Assembly: GCA_018830465.1 (NCBI GenBank)
Contig: JAHJSI010000048.1
Coordinates: 1 to 33,768, forward strand
Reading direction: 5' to 3'
Source: Patescibacteria group bacterium
GTDB taxonomy: Bacteria; Patescibacteriota; Patescibacteriia; UBA2169
Length of the DNA stretch: 33,768 bases
The position numbers and the translations under genes were made by a program. The notes under the pieces are model-generated. The model ran no database searches. It was not told the origin of the DNA and saw only the letters and a list, made by a program, of their open reading frames with translations. Of the stretch, positions 32,819 through 33,768 are shown piece by piece. Position 1 is the first letter of the stretch. Each line of letters begins with the position of its first letter.

Positions 32819-33768
32819 ATGGAGGTTTCTAAATCAAAAATATTTTTGCTTTGCTTATTGTCATTCGTAATTGGCGTTGGAGTGATGTCGTTTATTTCCG
32901 CCAGAGGCGGACCAGCCTCTGGCTGGGAGTTTTTGGCATCTTTTTATGCTTTTTTATTGTTGGATATTATTGTGTTGATAGTGTTTTGGTCGCATCGCAA
33001 GTACAGAATAACAGCTCTTTTGGGGCTGTTTTTTATTTTAGGCATAGCACGAATGATTTTAGCTCAGCCGAATTTGGAAGATGCTGGCCATATTGCGTAT
33101 TACAACGACCAAGATTTAGTTGTAGAAGGCGTTGTTATTATGGAGCCAGATGTGCGTTTAGATCATCAAAAGTTAACTCTTGAAGTGCGTGGTGTGTCAG
33201 TAAGCGATGATGAAGTCAGTGGACGGCTGCTCGTTAAAACAAATCTATATCCAGAATATAAGTATGGAGAATTGGTGCGCGTCAAATGTGAGATTGAACA
33301 GCCAGAACAAATAGAGGATTTCGCGTATGACAAGTATTTAGCGCGATATGATATTTACAGCGTATGCTGGCGCGGTCAGATCGAAAAGATTGATTCAGGC
33401 AAGGGCAATCCAGTGATGGCTGGCATTTTAGCTGTGAAAATATATTTCATGGATACAATCAATCAAATCATCAGCGAGCCGCATGCCGCATTTCTTGCTG
33501 GTTTATTAGTCGGAGCTAGGCGCGGCATACCTGAATATTTACTAGAAGCTTTCAATCGCACTGGCACAACGCACATTATCGCGATTTCTGGATCTAACAT
33601 TACAATCATCGCAGCAGTCATAATTGGATTTTTACAATTTCTTGGAGTAGCGCGCAAACGCGCGTTTTGGTGGATAAGCGCTGGCATTGTGATATTCGTG
33701 ATTATGACCGGAGCAACCGCGTCAGTTGTGCGCGCTGGCATTATGGGCATCTTTGTCTTGCTTGCTCG
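32819..33768 (+). CDS. comEC: DNA internalisation channel ComEC/Rec2, 5' part (runs off the window end)
   Basis: Absent from the ORF track because no stop is reached. Hand translation from ATG 32819 stays open to 33768: MEVSKSKIFLLCLLSFVIGVGVMSFISARGGPASGWEFLASF...LVKTNLYPEYKYGELVRVKCEIEQP...RTGTTHIIAISGSNITII...TASVVRAGIMGIFVLLA. This is the DUF4131 OB-like segment followed by competence-domain motifs. Confidence 0.85.
   Translation, partial: MEVSKSKIFLLCLLSFVIGVGVMSFISARGGPASGWEFLASFYAFLLLDIIVLIVFWSHRKYRITALLGLFFILGIARMILAQPNLEDAGHIAYYNDQDLVVEGVVIMEPDVRLDHQKLTLEVRGVSVSDDEVSGRLLVKTNLYPEYKYGELVRVKCEIEQPEQIEDFAYDKYLARYDIYSVCWRGQIEKIDSGKGNPVMAGILAVKIYFMDTINQIISEPHAAFLAGLLVGARRGIPEYLLEAFNRTGTTHIIAISGSNITIIAAVIIGFLQFLGVARKRAFWWISAGIVIFVIMTGATASVVRAGIMGIFVLLA
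32897..32926. repeat. 30-nt GC-rich double-hairpin repeat, copy D (in-frame in comEC)
   Basis: TCCGCCAGAGGCGGACCAGCCTCTGGCTGG, 27/30 identical to the prfB copy and in the same codon phase. Encodes SARGGPASGW at ComEC residues 27-36. Confidence 0.85.

Noticed and set aside
32851-33183. 110-aa + strand ORF listed in the track over the comEC 5' region.
   Set aside because: It is out of frame with the ComEC reading frame, which starts at 32819, stays open to the window end and carries ComEC motifs. The listed frame gives an Arg/Cys-rich translation with no motifs.
1-33768. Alternative genetic code (UGA recoded, as in some CPR lineages), and the presence of CRISPR arrays, tRNA/rRNA genes, IS elements or prophage genes.
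   Set aside because: UGA terminates nrdR and the 32472 small gene, and is the regulatory stop in prfB, with all ORFs intact under code 11. Visual scanning found no spaced direct-repeat arrays, T-loop-like GGTTCGAATCC motifs, transposase or integrase-like ORFs.

Overview
AT-rich, very gene-dense bacterial chromosome segment with about 30 protein genes, short or overlapping junctions and long co-directional operons. The content is almost entirely housekeeping. In order: parA-parB; a convergent block rel / topA / folC-like / dprA; mfd; pth-der-LCP; lepB-hisS; rpsU-yqeY-ytxH followed by a 1947-aa surface protein and two membrane-anchored Ca-binding-repeat proteins; ybeY-dgkA; ftsA-ftsZ-nrdR; an HtrA-like protease; prfB; and the 5' part of comEC. 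Several traits suggest a reduced-genome CPR/Patescibacteria-type organism, though this is inference only: shortened Rel and Mfd, a T4SS-pilin-like module fused to a giant Ig/IPT-repeat protein, thrombospondin-type-3-like repeats, few Shine-Dalgarno sites and extended -10 promoters. UGA is a normal stop, because prfB carries the classical UGA +1 frameshift site. I saw no rRNA, tRNA, CRISPR array, transposase or integrase. There is no obvious multi-gene accessory island. The most unusual signal is a dispersed family of 30-nt GC-rich double-hairpin repeats. They sit in-frame inside essential genes (prfB, comEC, folC) and once between genes, and show compensatory base-pair changes between copies. 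Architecturally similar GC hairpin inserts occur in ftsA and topA. Other items worth a second look are a promoter-equipped structured RNA or MITE-like locus between mfd and pth, and two GC-rich orphan small genes with Shine-Dalgarno sites and terminators, next to dprA and comEC. Also notable are two apparently leaderless transcription units and the giant surface-protein locus. Domain calls were made by eye from motifs and all need HMM or BLAST confirmation.
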